This document shows, one piece after another, positions 9,647-18,798 of a stretch of 61,802 nucleotides of DNA. A program made the translations under genes and the position numbers. Where the stretch lies: NCBI GenBank assembly GCA_005808865.1, contig SYKU01000246.1, positions 1 through 61,802 of the forward strand. The letters are read 5' to 3'. Each line of letters starts with the position of its first letter. Position 1 is the stretch's first letter. The notes under the pieces were generated by a model. It was not told the origin of the DNA, searched no databases, and worked only from the letters and a program-made list of their open reading frames with translations. The stretch is from Acidobacteriota bacterium. GTDB taxonomy: Bacteria > Acidobacteriota > Terriglobia > Bryobacterales > Bryobacteraceae.

Positions 9647-12478
9647 ATGCCGCTCCGTTCCGTCTTGCTTACGCTCGGTTTGCTTACGTTCTTTTCGACC
9701 GGTTTGTGGTGGCAGTCGTCTTCGTCGGCCGGCCAACTCACTTCCGCGCAACCGGCCCCGCGCGCCGATGAATTGCAGTCCCTCACGCTCGTGTTCGGGA
9801 CTAAGGACGCCGAGGCAACCAAGTGGAACGGTTCGGCAACTTTGTCGAGCGGCAGAATCGAAAAACTCAAGGGCCACCACTTCACGGGAGAATCGAAGAT
9901 TCTTGACGGCAACGCCTGGCAGTGCTCCACCCATCCGTGGGCCGGTTTCGCGGGCGGCATGCATCCGAACGAGCGGCCACAGCCCTATCCGACACAGGTC
10001 GAACCGATCGGCATTACGATCGACTTTCGCGCCCCGGCGGATGCGGAGTTGCGAATCAAGATCGAGGGCAAGGACGAGTTCGCGATTCGCCCGATGGACA
10101 TACCGGCGAACGGAGTCATCTATCCGATGAACTCTGACATCGAGGTCTACCGCACACCGGTGATCGAGCAGCTTACCGATGGCGAATACGAAGACGACTA
10201 CCCAGCCATCGCCGCGGATGGAAACTCCGTCTGGACCGCGTGGCAAGGCTACAAAGGCGAGGAGGATCGCATCTTTCTGAAGCGCCGCATCGATGGCAAG
10301 TGGGGCGAGCGAATCGAAGCCACGGAGAAGCCGGGCGACCTGTTTATGCCTGCCGTGGCCGCCGCTCAGGGAAAGGCGACAGTGGTGTGGTCCGAACGCG
10401 ACGGAGAAATCTGGAATTTGAAAGCGCGCGTCCACGATGGCGCCACGTTCGGCAAGACAGAGACGCTCGGCGCGGGACTGTTTCATCGCTCGGCTGCCGA
10501 TCCGAAGGGTAATGTCCACGTGGTTTATCAGAGCTGGCGCAAGGGCCGCAGCAATGTTTACATTAGGAGGTTTACAGGCGGCCGTTGGACGCCTGAAATC
10601 AGCTTGAGCGATCCGCAGCGCGACCCTCGGGCGAACGACTGGTATCCCAGTGTGGCGGTCGATCGCGATGGAACCGCCTGGGTGGCATGGGAAACCTACG
10701 CGAGCGGAAGCTACAACGTGTTGCTGCGGGAGATCCGCAACGGCAAACCCTCCACTATCCATAAGGTGACCTCGAGCGCGCGATTCCATTCGCACGCGAG
10801 CGTCGCCGTGGACGCTCGGAATCGCGTGTGGATCGCCTACGACGAAGCGCCCGAGAACTGGGGTAAAGACGTCGGCTTCCTGCTCTCCGGGGGCACTGGC
10901 ATATACGAATCGCGCACCATCAAGATCGCCGTTTACGATAACGGACGCTGGATGACCACGCTTCAGCAGCCAGGAGACGCCGCGCCGCACGCTTTCAAGC
11001 GATACTTTCAGACGCCTCGTCTGGTGGCGGATTCCGCAGGACGTATTTGGCTTTTCGCGCGGCCGCGAACCTCGGCCCGCCGTCCCACGACGCTTTGGGC
11101 CGCGGGCGGGAAATGGGAAGTCGTGGCCACTTTCTACAACGGAGACCGCTGGTCGGAATTGATTCCAATCCCCGATTCGGTTGGCCGCAATGAAGGAGAA
11201 TTCCAGGCTGCGGCCGGCAGCGGCGGCGAGGTTTATCTGGCTCTCGCGGGAGACCACCGAGGGTGGGGCGGACCGGCCTTTGGCGTCGCTCCACAAAATC
11301 ACGACGTGATGTTTGCCACCTTGCGCGCGGCCGGCGCCGCTTCGGCAACGCTCGCTCCCCTGGCCGCTGAGCCTCCCGCCGCTCAACCCGTCGAAGCCCG
11401 CGAGAGGGAGCAAGTCGCCGCTTTGCGGAGCCATTCGATTCAGGCCGGCGGCAAGACTTACCACATCTATCGCGGCGATCTTCACCGTCACACCGATATC
11501 TCGGCGGACGGCGCGGGCGACGGCAGTCTCTTCGATTCGTATCGATATGCCATGGACGCGGCCGCCATGGACTACCTGATGGTGACGGACCACCAGAGCG
11601 GCGCACAGGAGTATACGTGGTGGCGCACTCAAAAGTCCGCGGACATGTTCCACACGGCAGGCTTTTTTACTGCGCTCTATGGGACTGAACGCAGCCTGGG
11701 CTATCCAAACGGGCACCGGAATCTAGTATTCACAAGGCGCGGAGTGAAGGTCCTGCCGATTACTCCCGCCGAGCAGAAGTCTAGCACCGGACCCGTGCTG
11801 TACCCCTACCTGAAGAGGAACAACGGCATCGCCACCTCACATACCTCGCACACCGGGATGGGGACGGACTGGCGGGATAACGATCCGGAACTCGAACCGA
11901 TCGTCGAGATCTTTCAAGGGGCGCGGACCTCTGCCGAGCACGACGGAGCGCCGCTCTCTCCGACATCCAAGCGAACGGAACTTTGGGCCGGCGGCTATCG
12001 CCCTCTCGGATACGTGTGGAGCGCGTGGGCTAAGGGCTACAAGCTGGGAGTACAAGCCAGTTCCGATCACGTTTCAACACACATTTCTTACGCCTGCGTG
12101 ATCGCGGAAGATTCGAGCCGGGAGGCACTGGCGGACGCCATGCGAAAACGCCACACTTATGCGGCAACATCGAACATACTCATGGATTACCGCGTGAGCG
12201 CCGATGGCAATACGTATATACAGGGCGACTCGTTCAAGACCGCATCGCTGCCGGAACTAAGCGCAAAGATAACCGGCACCGGACCTCTGAAAAAGGTCGT
12301 GATCGTTCGAAATAACCAGTACATCTACTCTCAGGAGCCGGAAGGAGAGACATTCAATCTCCGCTATCGCGAAAATTCTCTGACGCCAGGAGAACATTAC
12401 TACTACGTGCGTGTCGAGCAGAAGGACGGAAACCTGGCGTGGGCGTCGCCGGTGTGGGTACAGCACACAGGCCGCTAG
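9647..12478 (+). CDS. Secreted protein with N-terminal beta-propeller-like repeats fused to a PHP-type metal-dependent phosphoesterase domain
   Basis: An SD (GGAGGAAACA) precedes the ATG and a signal peptide follows. Repeated blades include DDYPAIAADGNSVWTAWQ, AVAAAQGKATVVWSE, DPKGNVHVVYQSW, SVAVDRDGTAWVAWE and ASVAVDARNRVWIAYD. PHP-like motifs are GDLHRHTDISADG and YLMVTDHQS. Confidence 0.6.
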   Translation: MPLRSVLLTLGLLTFFSTGLWWQSSSSAGQLTSAQPAPRADELQSLTLVFGTKDAEATKWNGSATLSSGRIEKLKGHHFTGESKILDGNAWQCSTHPWAGFAGGMHPNERPQPYPTQVEPIGITIDFRAPADAELRIKIEGKDEFAIRPMDIPANGVIYPMNSDIEVYRTPVIEQLTDGEYEDDYPAIAADGNSVWTAWQGYKGEEDRIFLKRRIDGKWGERIEATEKPGDLFMPAVAAAQGKATVVWSERDGEIWNLKARVHDGATFGKTETLGAGLFHRSAADPKGNVHVVYQSWRKGRSNVYIRRFTGGRWTPEISLSDPQRDPRANDWYPSVAVDRDGTAWVAWETYASGSYNVLLREIRNGKPSTIHKVTSSARFHSHASVAVDARNRVWIAYDEAPENWGKDVGFLLSGGTGIYESRTIKIAVYDNGRWMTTLQQPGDAAPHAFKRYFQTPRLVADSAGRIWLFARPRTSARRPTTLWAAGGKWEVVATFYNGDRWSELIPIPDSVGRNEGEFQAAAGSGGEVYLALAGDHRGWGGPAFGVAPQNHDVMFATLRAAGAASATLAPLAAEPPAAQPVEAREREQVAALRSHSIQAGGKTYHIYRGDLHRHTDISADGAGDGSLFDSYRYAMDAAAMDYLMVTDHQSGAQEYTWWRTQKSADMFHTAGFFTALYGTERSLGYPNGHRNLVFTRRGVKVLPITPAEQKSSTGPVLYPYLKRNNGIATSHTSHTGMGTDWRDNDPELEPIVEIFQGARTSAEHDGAPLSPTSKRTELWAGGYRPLGYVWSAWAKGYKLGVQASSDHVSTHISYACVIAEDSSREALADAMRKRHTYAATSNILMDYRVSADGNTYIQGDSFKTASLPELSAKITGTGPLKKVVIVRNNQYIYSQEPEGETFNLRYRENSLTPGEHYYYVRVEQKDGNLAWASPVWVQHTGR

Positions 12479-12481
12479 CGG

Positions 12482-13058
12482 TATGCCTAAGGCCTTTGAA
12501 CTGGAGAATTCACGGCGGCGAGTCTCCGAACTCGAAGCGGAATTGCGGCGCGTGGCGAGCGCACTCGGCGCGTCGGTTGTCGTGGCGGCCTGAGGTCCGA
12601 TCGCACCATCGAGTACGTTTCGCCATCCGTCGAGCGGGTGCTCGGACACACACCGGATGAGATCCCTGGTGTGGATTTCGTTTCCGCGATTCACCCAGCG
12701 GACCGGCGAGCCCGCGGGTCTTCGCTCGAGTGCCTGGCTATTCACAAGGATGGTTCGGAGCGCGTTATCGAAGCCGCCTTCAGCACAGCCGTTCAAGAGT
12801 GATGAGGAGCAATTGACGGTCATCGCTCGCGGCGTGACCGGAACGGCAAGTTTGCAGTCCAGACCGCCCAGCCGGAACGGTTCGAAGCACTCTGACGGCA
12901 ATCCGCACGCTGGGACGTCGGGCCTTGCCCTCGCGTCCGCCTTCGACGCCCCAGAACAAAATGGGGGCGGCATGCGCGCCTGCAGCGCCACTGAATCCGG
13001 AGTCACGTTAGAGATCATCTTTCCTGAGCAGACTGAAACGCGGCCCGCGTGCCGGTAG
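12482..13058 (+). pseudogene. Eroded PAS sensor histidine kinase (frameshifted and internally deleted)
   Basis: Three frames each carry part of the gene. The first is a coiled-coil leader (MPKAFELENSRRRVSELEAELRRV). The second is a PAS fragment (IEYVSPSVERVLGHTPDEIPGVDFVSAIHPAD..HKDGSERVIEAAFS) that ends at a TGA at about 12800. The third holds VIARGVTG, a G2-box-like GTSGLALA and a kinase tail, GGGMRACSATESGVTLEIIFPE. The H-box, N-box and G1-box are missing. Confidence 0.6.
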
Positions 13059-13220
13059 AGATGCCTCTCAAATCACCTGGCAGTGCACAGCCATCTGTCG
13101 GGCTCCATGCGTCCTGGCGTACGGGACTTCATGGCAATCCGATTACGCCCGGCAACGCCAGCCGCCTGTTTTGCAGGTACCGGATGGCGGAGGCCAGCCG
13201 GCATCAGGTAGACTGACGCA

Positions 13221-14477
13221 ATGCGCCTTCGTCATCGCCTCGCGGCACTCGCCGCCCTCGCCGGTTTCCTTTCCGCGTCCAGCCTTGCGCAGCATCGTAA
13301 GTTGCTTGTGATTTCGGTTGACGGGCTGGATACGCGATACCTCAAAGACGCCGACCGGCTTGGGCTGAAAATTCCCACGCTGCGGCGGCTGATGGCGCAG
13401 GGTACCACGTCGCAAGGCGTCGTGGGGATCGTGCCCACGGTCACATGGCCTTCCCATACGACCATCATTAGCGGCGTTCCTTCAGAAGAGCACGGAATCC
13501 TGACCAATGACCAGCCCGGCCAACCGGGACAGCGCTGGTGGTTCACCAGTTTCCTGAAAGCGCCGACACTCTGGAAGATCGCGCATGAGAGGGGGCTCAA
13601 GACCGCTACCGTGTATTGGCCCGTGACCGTGGGCGCGACAGTGGATTTCAATTTCCCGGAGTTCTGGGTAAAGCGCTCCGAGCATGAAATCGACTTTGCA
13701 CCGATCGCTGAGCGCGCAACGCCGGGCCTGGTGGATAAGGTCGCCAAGGTGTATCCGGCATTCAAGCGCGACCACTGGGACGACGAAGCCGGAATCCTCG
13801 CGGTCCGTTATCTTCTCGAATTCGAGCGGCCGGATCTAACGCTCGTTCACATCGCCGACCTCGACAGCGAAGCGCACGAGAAAGGCGCCTTCACCGCCGC
13901 CGCGCATAAGGTATTGGAGAACCAGGACAGGCTCATCGGACACGCTCTTGAGAAACTACCCGCCGGGACCATCGTCGCGATCGTATCCGATCACGGTTTC
14001 GAGAACATCGAAAAAGTCGTGCGTCCAAACGCGATGCTGAAAGCCGCGAACCTGCCCGCCGAAGCGGTTGTCAGCAACGGATTGATCGGCGTCAAGGGTG
14101 CACGAGCCGCGGAGCACTTCCGGGCGCTCGCCGGAAAACCCTCGAGCGCAATAGCGAGAGAAGTTCCAATGGCGGAAGTGCGCAAGATGGCTCCCATGCT
14201 CAAGGACTGGATGGCAGCATTCGAGCCGTCCCCCGGTCACGTTGCCGCCGCTGCCCAGGACGGGACTCCGATCTCGGAGGGCAATCACACCGGCACACAT
14301 GGCCTGTGGCCGACGCGCGCGAATTATCGCGCCTCGTTCCTTCTGTGGGGCCCGGGCGTGAAGCGCGGCAAACTCGGCGAAGTTTCCATGCTGGAGCTTG
14401 GCCCCACGTTCGGCGATATCCTTGGCGTAAAGTTACCGGCCGCGAAGTCGGCGTCGCTGTGGCCAAAACTTCACTGA
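13221..14477 (+). CDS. Alkaline-phosphatase-superfamily nucleotide pyrophosphatase/phosphodiesterase (secreted)
   Basis: It has a signal peptide. Motifs are LLVISVDGLD, PTVTWPSHTTIISGVPSEEHGI, HIADLDSEAHEKG and VSDHGF. Confidence 0.8.
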   Translation: MRLRHRLAALAALAGFLSASSLAQHRKLLVISVDGLDTRYLKDADRLGLKIPTLRRLMAQGTTSQGVVGIVPTVTWPSHTTIISGVPSEEHGILTNDQPGQPGQRWWFTSFLKAPTLWKIAHERGLKTATVYWPVTVGATVDFNFPEFWVKRSEHEIDFAPIAERATPGLVDKVAKVYPAFKRDHWDDEAGILAVRYLLEFERPDLTLVHIADLDSEAHEKGAFTAAAHKVLENQDRLIGHALEKLPAGTIVAIVSDHGFENIEKVVRPNAMLKAANLPAEAVVSNGLIGVKGARAAEHFRALAGKPSSAIAREVPMAEVRKMAPMLKDWMAAFEPSPGHVAAAAQDGTPISEGNHTGTHGLWPTRANYRASFLLWGPGVKRGKLGEVSMLELGPTFGDILGVKLPAAKSASLWPKLH

Positions 14478-14483
14478 GGCGCG

Positions 14484-14954
14484 TTACTTCAGCAGATTGA
14501 TGGTGCCGCGGCACTTTGCCGAGCCGCATTTGCAGACGACCTTCTCCACGTTTTTCGGGAAGTGGTAGTCGACTGTCAGTTCCTCGCCCGCTTCGATGAC
14601 GCGCTTACTCATATAGAGGATGTGGCCTTTGACGATCGACGTGAGCAGGTTCGGATCGCAGCAGTGATTAATGTACTCGGCGCCGCTTCCGCCTTTCGAT
14701 CCATCTATGGTCCAGTAGTTATCCACCGTGAACAGATAGTTGAGATCGATCTCCGCGTCGCAGCGCCGCCGCGTTTCCCGCCGGCTGATTCTTTCACCGG
14801 TATATTCAATTACTTTTCGGCGTGCCGGTATCCGCTCCCCGGCGTAGACGCCGTAGCGATGAATGGCGGACTGACGCACGGACATCCTAAAACAGGCGAA
14901 ACGTGGATTAATGGAAGGAACAGACTCCAGCGGGTTCGAGGACATTGGTCTCAA
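14484..14954 (-). CDS. SET-domain protein (putative protein lysine methyltransferase)
   Basis: Motifs are GVYAGERIPARRKVIEYTGERIS, NHCCDPN, ELTVDYHF and a post-SET-like CKCGSAKCRG. The start is either TTG 14954 or ATG 14945. Confidence 0.85.
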   Translation of the reverse strand: MRPMSSNPLESVPSINPRFACFRMSVRQSAIHRYGVYAGERIPARRKVIEYTGERISRRETRRRCDAEIDLNYLFTVDNYWTIDGSKGGSGAEYINHCCDPNLLTSIVKGHILYMSKRVIEAGEELTVDYHFPKNVEKVVCKCGSAKCRGTINLLK

Positions 14955-14959
14955 ATATT

Positions 14960-15694
14960 TTACATGTACATGCCGCCGTTTACGGAAAGCACATGGCCGG
15001 TAATGTAGCCGGCTTCCTCGCTCGCCAGAAAACGGACGGCCGCGGCGACATCCTCGGCTTTTCCGAACCGTTTGAGTGGAATGCCGGCGAGAACCCTGTC
15101 GCGTACTTCAGGCGTGAGCACGTTCGTCATGTCCGTTTCGATGAAGCCCGGCGTCACGGCGTTTACGGTGACGCTACGGCTCGCCATCTCCTGGGCGAGC
15201 GATTTCGTGATCCCGATCAATCCCGCCTTCGACGCAGCGTAGTTCACCTGGCCCGCGTTTCCCGATTCACCGACAACAGAAGAGATGTTGATGATCCGGC
15301 CCCACCGCTCGCGCATCATGCCCTGAAGAACCTGCTGGATACAGGTGAACGCGCCGGTGAGATTGGTCTCAAGCACCGCGTCCCAATCGCTTCTCTTCAT
15401 GCGTAATGCCAGGTTGTCGCGCGTGACGCCGGCGTTGTTGACCAGAATTCCGATCGGTCCGAAATCCTTCAGCGCGGAGGCGAAGGCAGCCTTGATCGAA
15501 TCCGTGGAAGAGAGATCGATCTCAACCGCGAGCGCCTCTCCGCCGCCCGCGCGAATTTCGGAGGCCACCTCTTCAAGTTTGTCCCGATTGCGCGCGGCGA
15601 CAATCACACGGGCACCCGCGGCGGAAAGCGCAAGCGCGCACGCACGGCCGATCCCGCGGCTCCCTCCGGTCACAAATGCGACCCGTCCGCTCAT
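14960..15694 (-). CDS. fabG: 3-oxoacyl-[ACP] reductase (SDR family)
   Basis: Motifs are VAFVTGGSRGIGRA, NNAG, YAASKAG and the C-terminal GHVLSVNGGMYM. The ATG at 15694 overlaps the ribE stop (ATGA). Confidence 0.85.
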   Translation of the reverse strand: MSGRVAFVTGGSRGIGRACALALSAAGARVIVAARNRDKLEEVASEIRAGGGEALAVEIDLSSTDSIKAAFASALKDFGPIGILVNNAGVTRDNLALRMKRSDWDAVLETNLTGAFTCIQQVLQGMMRERWGRIINISSVVGESGNAGQVNYAASKAGLIGITKSLAQEMASRSVTVNAVTPGFIETDMTNVLTPEVRDRVLAGIPLKRFGKAEDVAAAVRFLASEEAGYITGHVLSVNGGMYM

Positions 15695-16344
15695 CGGCCC
15701 ACCTGAATATCGCTGCCCTGCAAATGTTCCATGGTTAGTCCCCGCTTCTCCCTGCTCGCGCCCAACAACTTCTCCACGTACTTCGCCAGAATGTCGCATT
15801 CGATGTTCACGCGGCAGCCGGGCCTGTAGGTTCCGAGCGACGTGTTTTCGTAGGTGTGCGGAATGATGGCCGCTTCAAGCAGGCCGCCATTCAGCCCGGC
15901 AACCGTGAGACTAATGCCGTCGATTGCGAACGATCCTTTAAACACCAGGTAACGTTCCACGTCCGCCGGGACGCGCACGCGCAGCCACCAGTTTCCATCA
16001 CCAAGCGCGGCAAGCGACACGAGCGATCCGGTCGCGTCCACATGACCTTGCACGACGTGGCCGTCAAGCCTCCCACCCGCGCGGACCGGCCGCTCAAGGT
16101 TAACCTTCGAACCTTGCCGCAAGTCTCCGAGATTCGTCCGCTTCAAGGTCTCAGGCGCAAGGTCCGCGGCAAACCCGTCAGGCCGCAGATCAACTGCTGT
16201 CAGGCAGACGCCGTTGACGGCGATGCTCGCGCCCTCCGCCGCGTCCGCCAGGACGCCGGTCGAGCGCACGCGAAGCCGCGCTCCAGCACCACGCCGTTCG
16301 AGCGCCTCCACTGCACCCAACTCTTCAATAATCCCGGTGAACAT
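15691..16344 (-). CDS. ribE: Riboflavin synthase
   Basis: It has the canonical MFTGIIEELG start and duplicated lumazine-binding repeats (SIAVNGVCLT / SFAIDGISLT). Confidence 0.9.
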   Translation of the reverse strand: MFTGIIEELGAVEALERRGAGARLRVRSTGVLADAAEGASIAVNGVCLTAVDLRPDGFAADLAPETLKRTNLGDLRQGSKVNLERPVRAGGRLDGHVVQGHVDATGSLVSLAALGDGNWWLRVRVPADVERYLVFKGSFAIDGISLTVAGLNGGLLEAAIIPHTYENTSLGTYRPGCRVNIECDILAKYVEKLLGASREKRGLTMEHLQGSDIQVGR

Positions 16345-17449
16345 AGCCCTCCACGGCAAACTCGTCCGGTTCGATCAGGTGAATTCGTGTCCGCTCCACC
16401 TGAATCGCATCCATACGCCGGCGCTTCCCCACGCCTCCGGCCACGGGAAGCGACTCGACGCCGCCCAGAATCTTCGCACCGAAATAAAAGAAAATCTTGT
16501 CCACCACGCCCGCCTCAAAGGCAGCCCAGTTGACCTTACTTCCCGCTTCGATCATGAGCGAGAGATACTTCCTCGCGGCCAGCCACTCGACGGCGGTGGC
16601 GAAATCCGCCCGTCCTCCCGGCCCGTCACAGACCAGAACCGCCGCCCCGCGCGCTTCGAGCGCTCTTCTTCGCTCAGTTGAGGCCGCCGAAGTCGCCACC
16701 ACCAGGAGATCCCCGCACTCTGCGGCGCTTGTCACGATCTTTGAATCGAGCGGAACACGAAGCTGCGAATCGAGTACGATGCGCAGCAACGGGCGGCTGC
16801 GGGGCAGTCCGGTGCGATCGGTAAGAAGGCAGTCGTCCGCAAGCACCGTGCCGATACCGGTGAGGATCGCGTCAGACTCGTGCCGGATTTGCTGAACGTG
16901 AAGGCGCGCCCGCTCACTCGTGATCCAACCCCGGTTATCGTCCGGCGCGGCGATCTTTCCGTCGAGCGTGAGCGCGGTTTTGAGCGTAACGAGAGGCCGC
17001 CCAGTGCGCATGAAGTGAATAAACGGTTCGTTGATCCAACCCGCTTCGGCCGCGAACCCGGAGGCGATTTCGGTCTCGATGCCCGCCGCGCGCAGCTTTC
17101 GAAAACCCTCGCCGCGAACCATCGGGTTCGGGTCCTCCATTGCCGCGACTACCCGCCGCACGCCGGCCGCGATCAACGCATCGACGCACGGCCCGGTGCG
17201 GCCCTGATGCGAACATGGCTCGAGATTGATATAGAGGGTCGCTCCACGCGCGCGTTCACCTGCCTGCTCAAGCGCGAGCGTCTCGGCGTGTTTGACGCCC
17301 TCCCATGTATGGAAACCACGCCCGGCTATTTCACCATCGCGCACGATCACAGCGCCGACAGCCGGATTCGGACTGGTCCGCGCCCGGCTTTGCCGTGCAA
17401 GGTCGAGGGCTTCCCTGAGATGGCCGCTGTCTGCCGCGTCGAGGCTCAC
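16325..17449 (-). CDS. ribD: Bifunctional riboflavin biosynthesis deaminase/reductase
   Basis: The deaminase zinc motifs are HAETLAL and PCSHQGRTGPC, followed by a C-terminal reductase domain. The GTG start overlaps the ftsY stop (GTGA). Confidence 0.9.
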   Translation of the reverse strand: MSLDAADSGHLREALDLARQSRARTSPNPAVGAVIVRDGEIAGRGFHTWEGVKHAETLALEQAGERARGATLYINLEPCSHQGRTGPCVDALIAAGVRRVVAAMEDPNPMVRGEGFRKLRAAGIETEIASGFAAEAGWINEPFIHFMRTGRPLVTLKTALTLDGKIAAPDDNRGWITSERARLHVQQIRHESDAILTGIGTVLADDCLLTDRTGLPRSRPLLRIVLDSQLRVPLDSKIVTSAAECGDLLVVATSAASTERRRALEARGAAVLVCDGPGGRADFATAVEWLAARKYLSLMIEAGSKVNWAAFEAGVVDKIFFYFGAKILGGVESLPVAGGVGKRRRMDAIQVERTRIHLIEPDEFAVEGYVHRDY

Positions 17450-18402
17450 GCGGACGAGCCCTCGAAGAGCGATGCGATGAACTTTTCCGGATCGAAGGGA
17501 ATCAGATCGTCCGCCTGCTCGCCGACGCCCACATAGCGGATGGGAAGGTTCAGTTCACGCGCGATCGCCACCACCACTCCCCCCTTTGCCGTGCCGTCAA
17601 GCTTCGTCAGCACGATTCCGGTGACGCCCGCCGTTTCCGTAAAGCGCCGGGCCTGTTCAAGCCCGTTCTGTCCGGTTACGGCATCAAGCACCAGCAGCAC
17701 CTCATGCGGCGCCGACGGAATGACCTTGGCGGCGGTGCGCCGCATCTTCTCCAGTTCCGCCATCAGATTCGTCTTGGTCTGAAGACGGCCGGCGGTGTCT
17801 ATGATGACGTAGTCCACTTTGCGCGCGCGAGCCGCATGCACGGCGTTGAAGAGCACGGCACTCGGATCGGAACCGGGGCTTTGGCTGATTACTTCGGTCT
17901 TCGTGCGTTCCCCCCATACCTCAAGCTGCTCGATGGCGGCGGCGCGAAAAGTGTCCGCCGCGCATAGTAAGACCGTTCTCCCTTCGTGTTGATAGCGCCG
18001 GGCGAGTTTCCCGATCGTGGTTGTCTTCCCCGCCCCATTGACTCCGATCACCATGACGACCGCGGGCGGTTCGTCTACAAGTGCCGGCGGGCGGTCGGAG
18101 GCCTGGAGGATTTCGAGCAAATGCTCGCGGATGAGGCCACGGATCTCGGCCACGTCGCCCGTCAGCTTACGGTCGATGCGCTTTCGGATACGTTCCAGGA
18201 TCTCGCTCACGGTGGCGACCCCGATATCGGCCCCGATGAGAGTCGCCTCAAGATCGTCAAGCAGGTCCGCGTCGATTTCTTTCCGGCCCGCGAGAGCGTC
18301 TTCGAGCCGGGACACGAAGCCTGAGCGCGTCTTTTGGACGCCGTTCTTGAGGCGCTCAAGCAGGCTCGGCTCTTGCTCGACCGAACCAAATAGAGTCTGC
18401 AT
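17446..18402 (-). CDS. ftsY: Signal recognition particle receptor FtsY (short form, no acidic A domain)
   Basis: Motifs are [22 protein letters not shown] and [10 protein letters not shown]. Confidence 0.9.
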   Translation of the reverse strand: MQTLFGSVEQEPSLLERLKNGVQKTRSGFVSRLEDALAGRKEIDADLLDDLEATLIGADIGVATVSEILERIRKRIDRKLTGDVAEIRGLIREHLLEILQASDRPPALVDEPPAVVMVIGVNGAGKTTTIGKLARRYQHEGRTVLLCAADTFRAAAIEQLEVWGERTKTEVISQSPGSDPSAVLFNAVHAARARKVDYVIIDTAGRLQTKTNLMAELEKMRRTAAKVIPSAPHEVLLVLDAVTGQNGLEQARRFTETAGVTGIVLTKLDGTAKGGVVVAIARELNLPIRYVGVGEQADDLIPFDPEKFIASLFEGSSA

Positions 18403-18798
18403 AGGTAACTTTCATTGTAAGCGCACGGGAGGGATGAGACGCGCGGCGTCTGACCTCAACGGCGCTATCGCCGGCTTTGTTCGCGGAGGTGGCTGAAGCT
18501 ACTGACCGGCCGCGGCACGGAACTCAGGGCAACATACAGATCGAGTTCGAGGGTGAGCATTGCGCTCCCTGTTTCGCCGGCGACGGTTTCTTGTATTCGA
18601 TGTCACTACCCGCGAGGAACTTTTGCTGAGCCTGAGGACCAGCTTGGAAAACCTGGCGTGAGGGACCACACGTCACGGCCTTGAAACAGAACGCGCCCGG
18701 CTTTCCAGTGTGAACTTGCGGTCACGTAAGAGTTCCTTCGCGTACTCCTTTGGAATACGCATCGCGTGTTTCGCATAAGGCATGATGCTTCGAGAATG

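Noticed and set aside
9548-11716. Very long antisense ORFs are present. One of 722 aa lies opposite the propeller-PHP gene. Similar ones are at 18766-19944, 27875-28958, 41278-41895 and 51741-52538.
   Set aside because: Their translations are Arg/Pro/Ala/Gly-rich with no domain-like motifs. They lie exactly opposite ORFs with clear protein signatures. Such shadow ORFs are expected in GC-rich DNA because stop codons are depleted.
17446-17460. An FMN (RFN) riboswitch is expected upstream of ribD.
   Set aside because: The ribD start overlaps the ftsY stop, so there is no leader. I also saw no RFN-like sequence upstream of ftsY (18403-18798).
18403-18798. The ftsY-MBL gap contains a small minus-strand ORF, MPYAKHAMRIPKEYAKELLRDRKFTLESRARSVSRP (36 aa). 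It is faintly AbrB/MazE-like, with a possible frameshifted continuation.
   Set aside because: It is too short, has no SD and only a weak motif resemblance. I cannot support it as a gene or pseudogene without a search.
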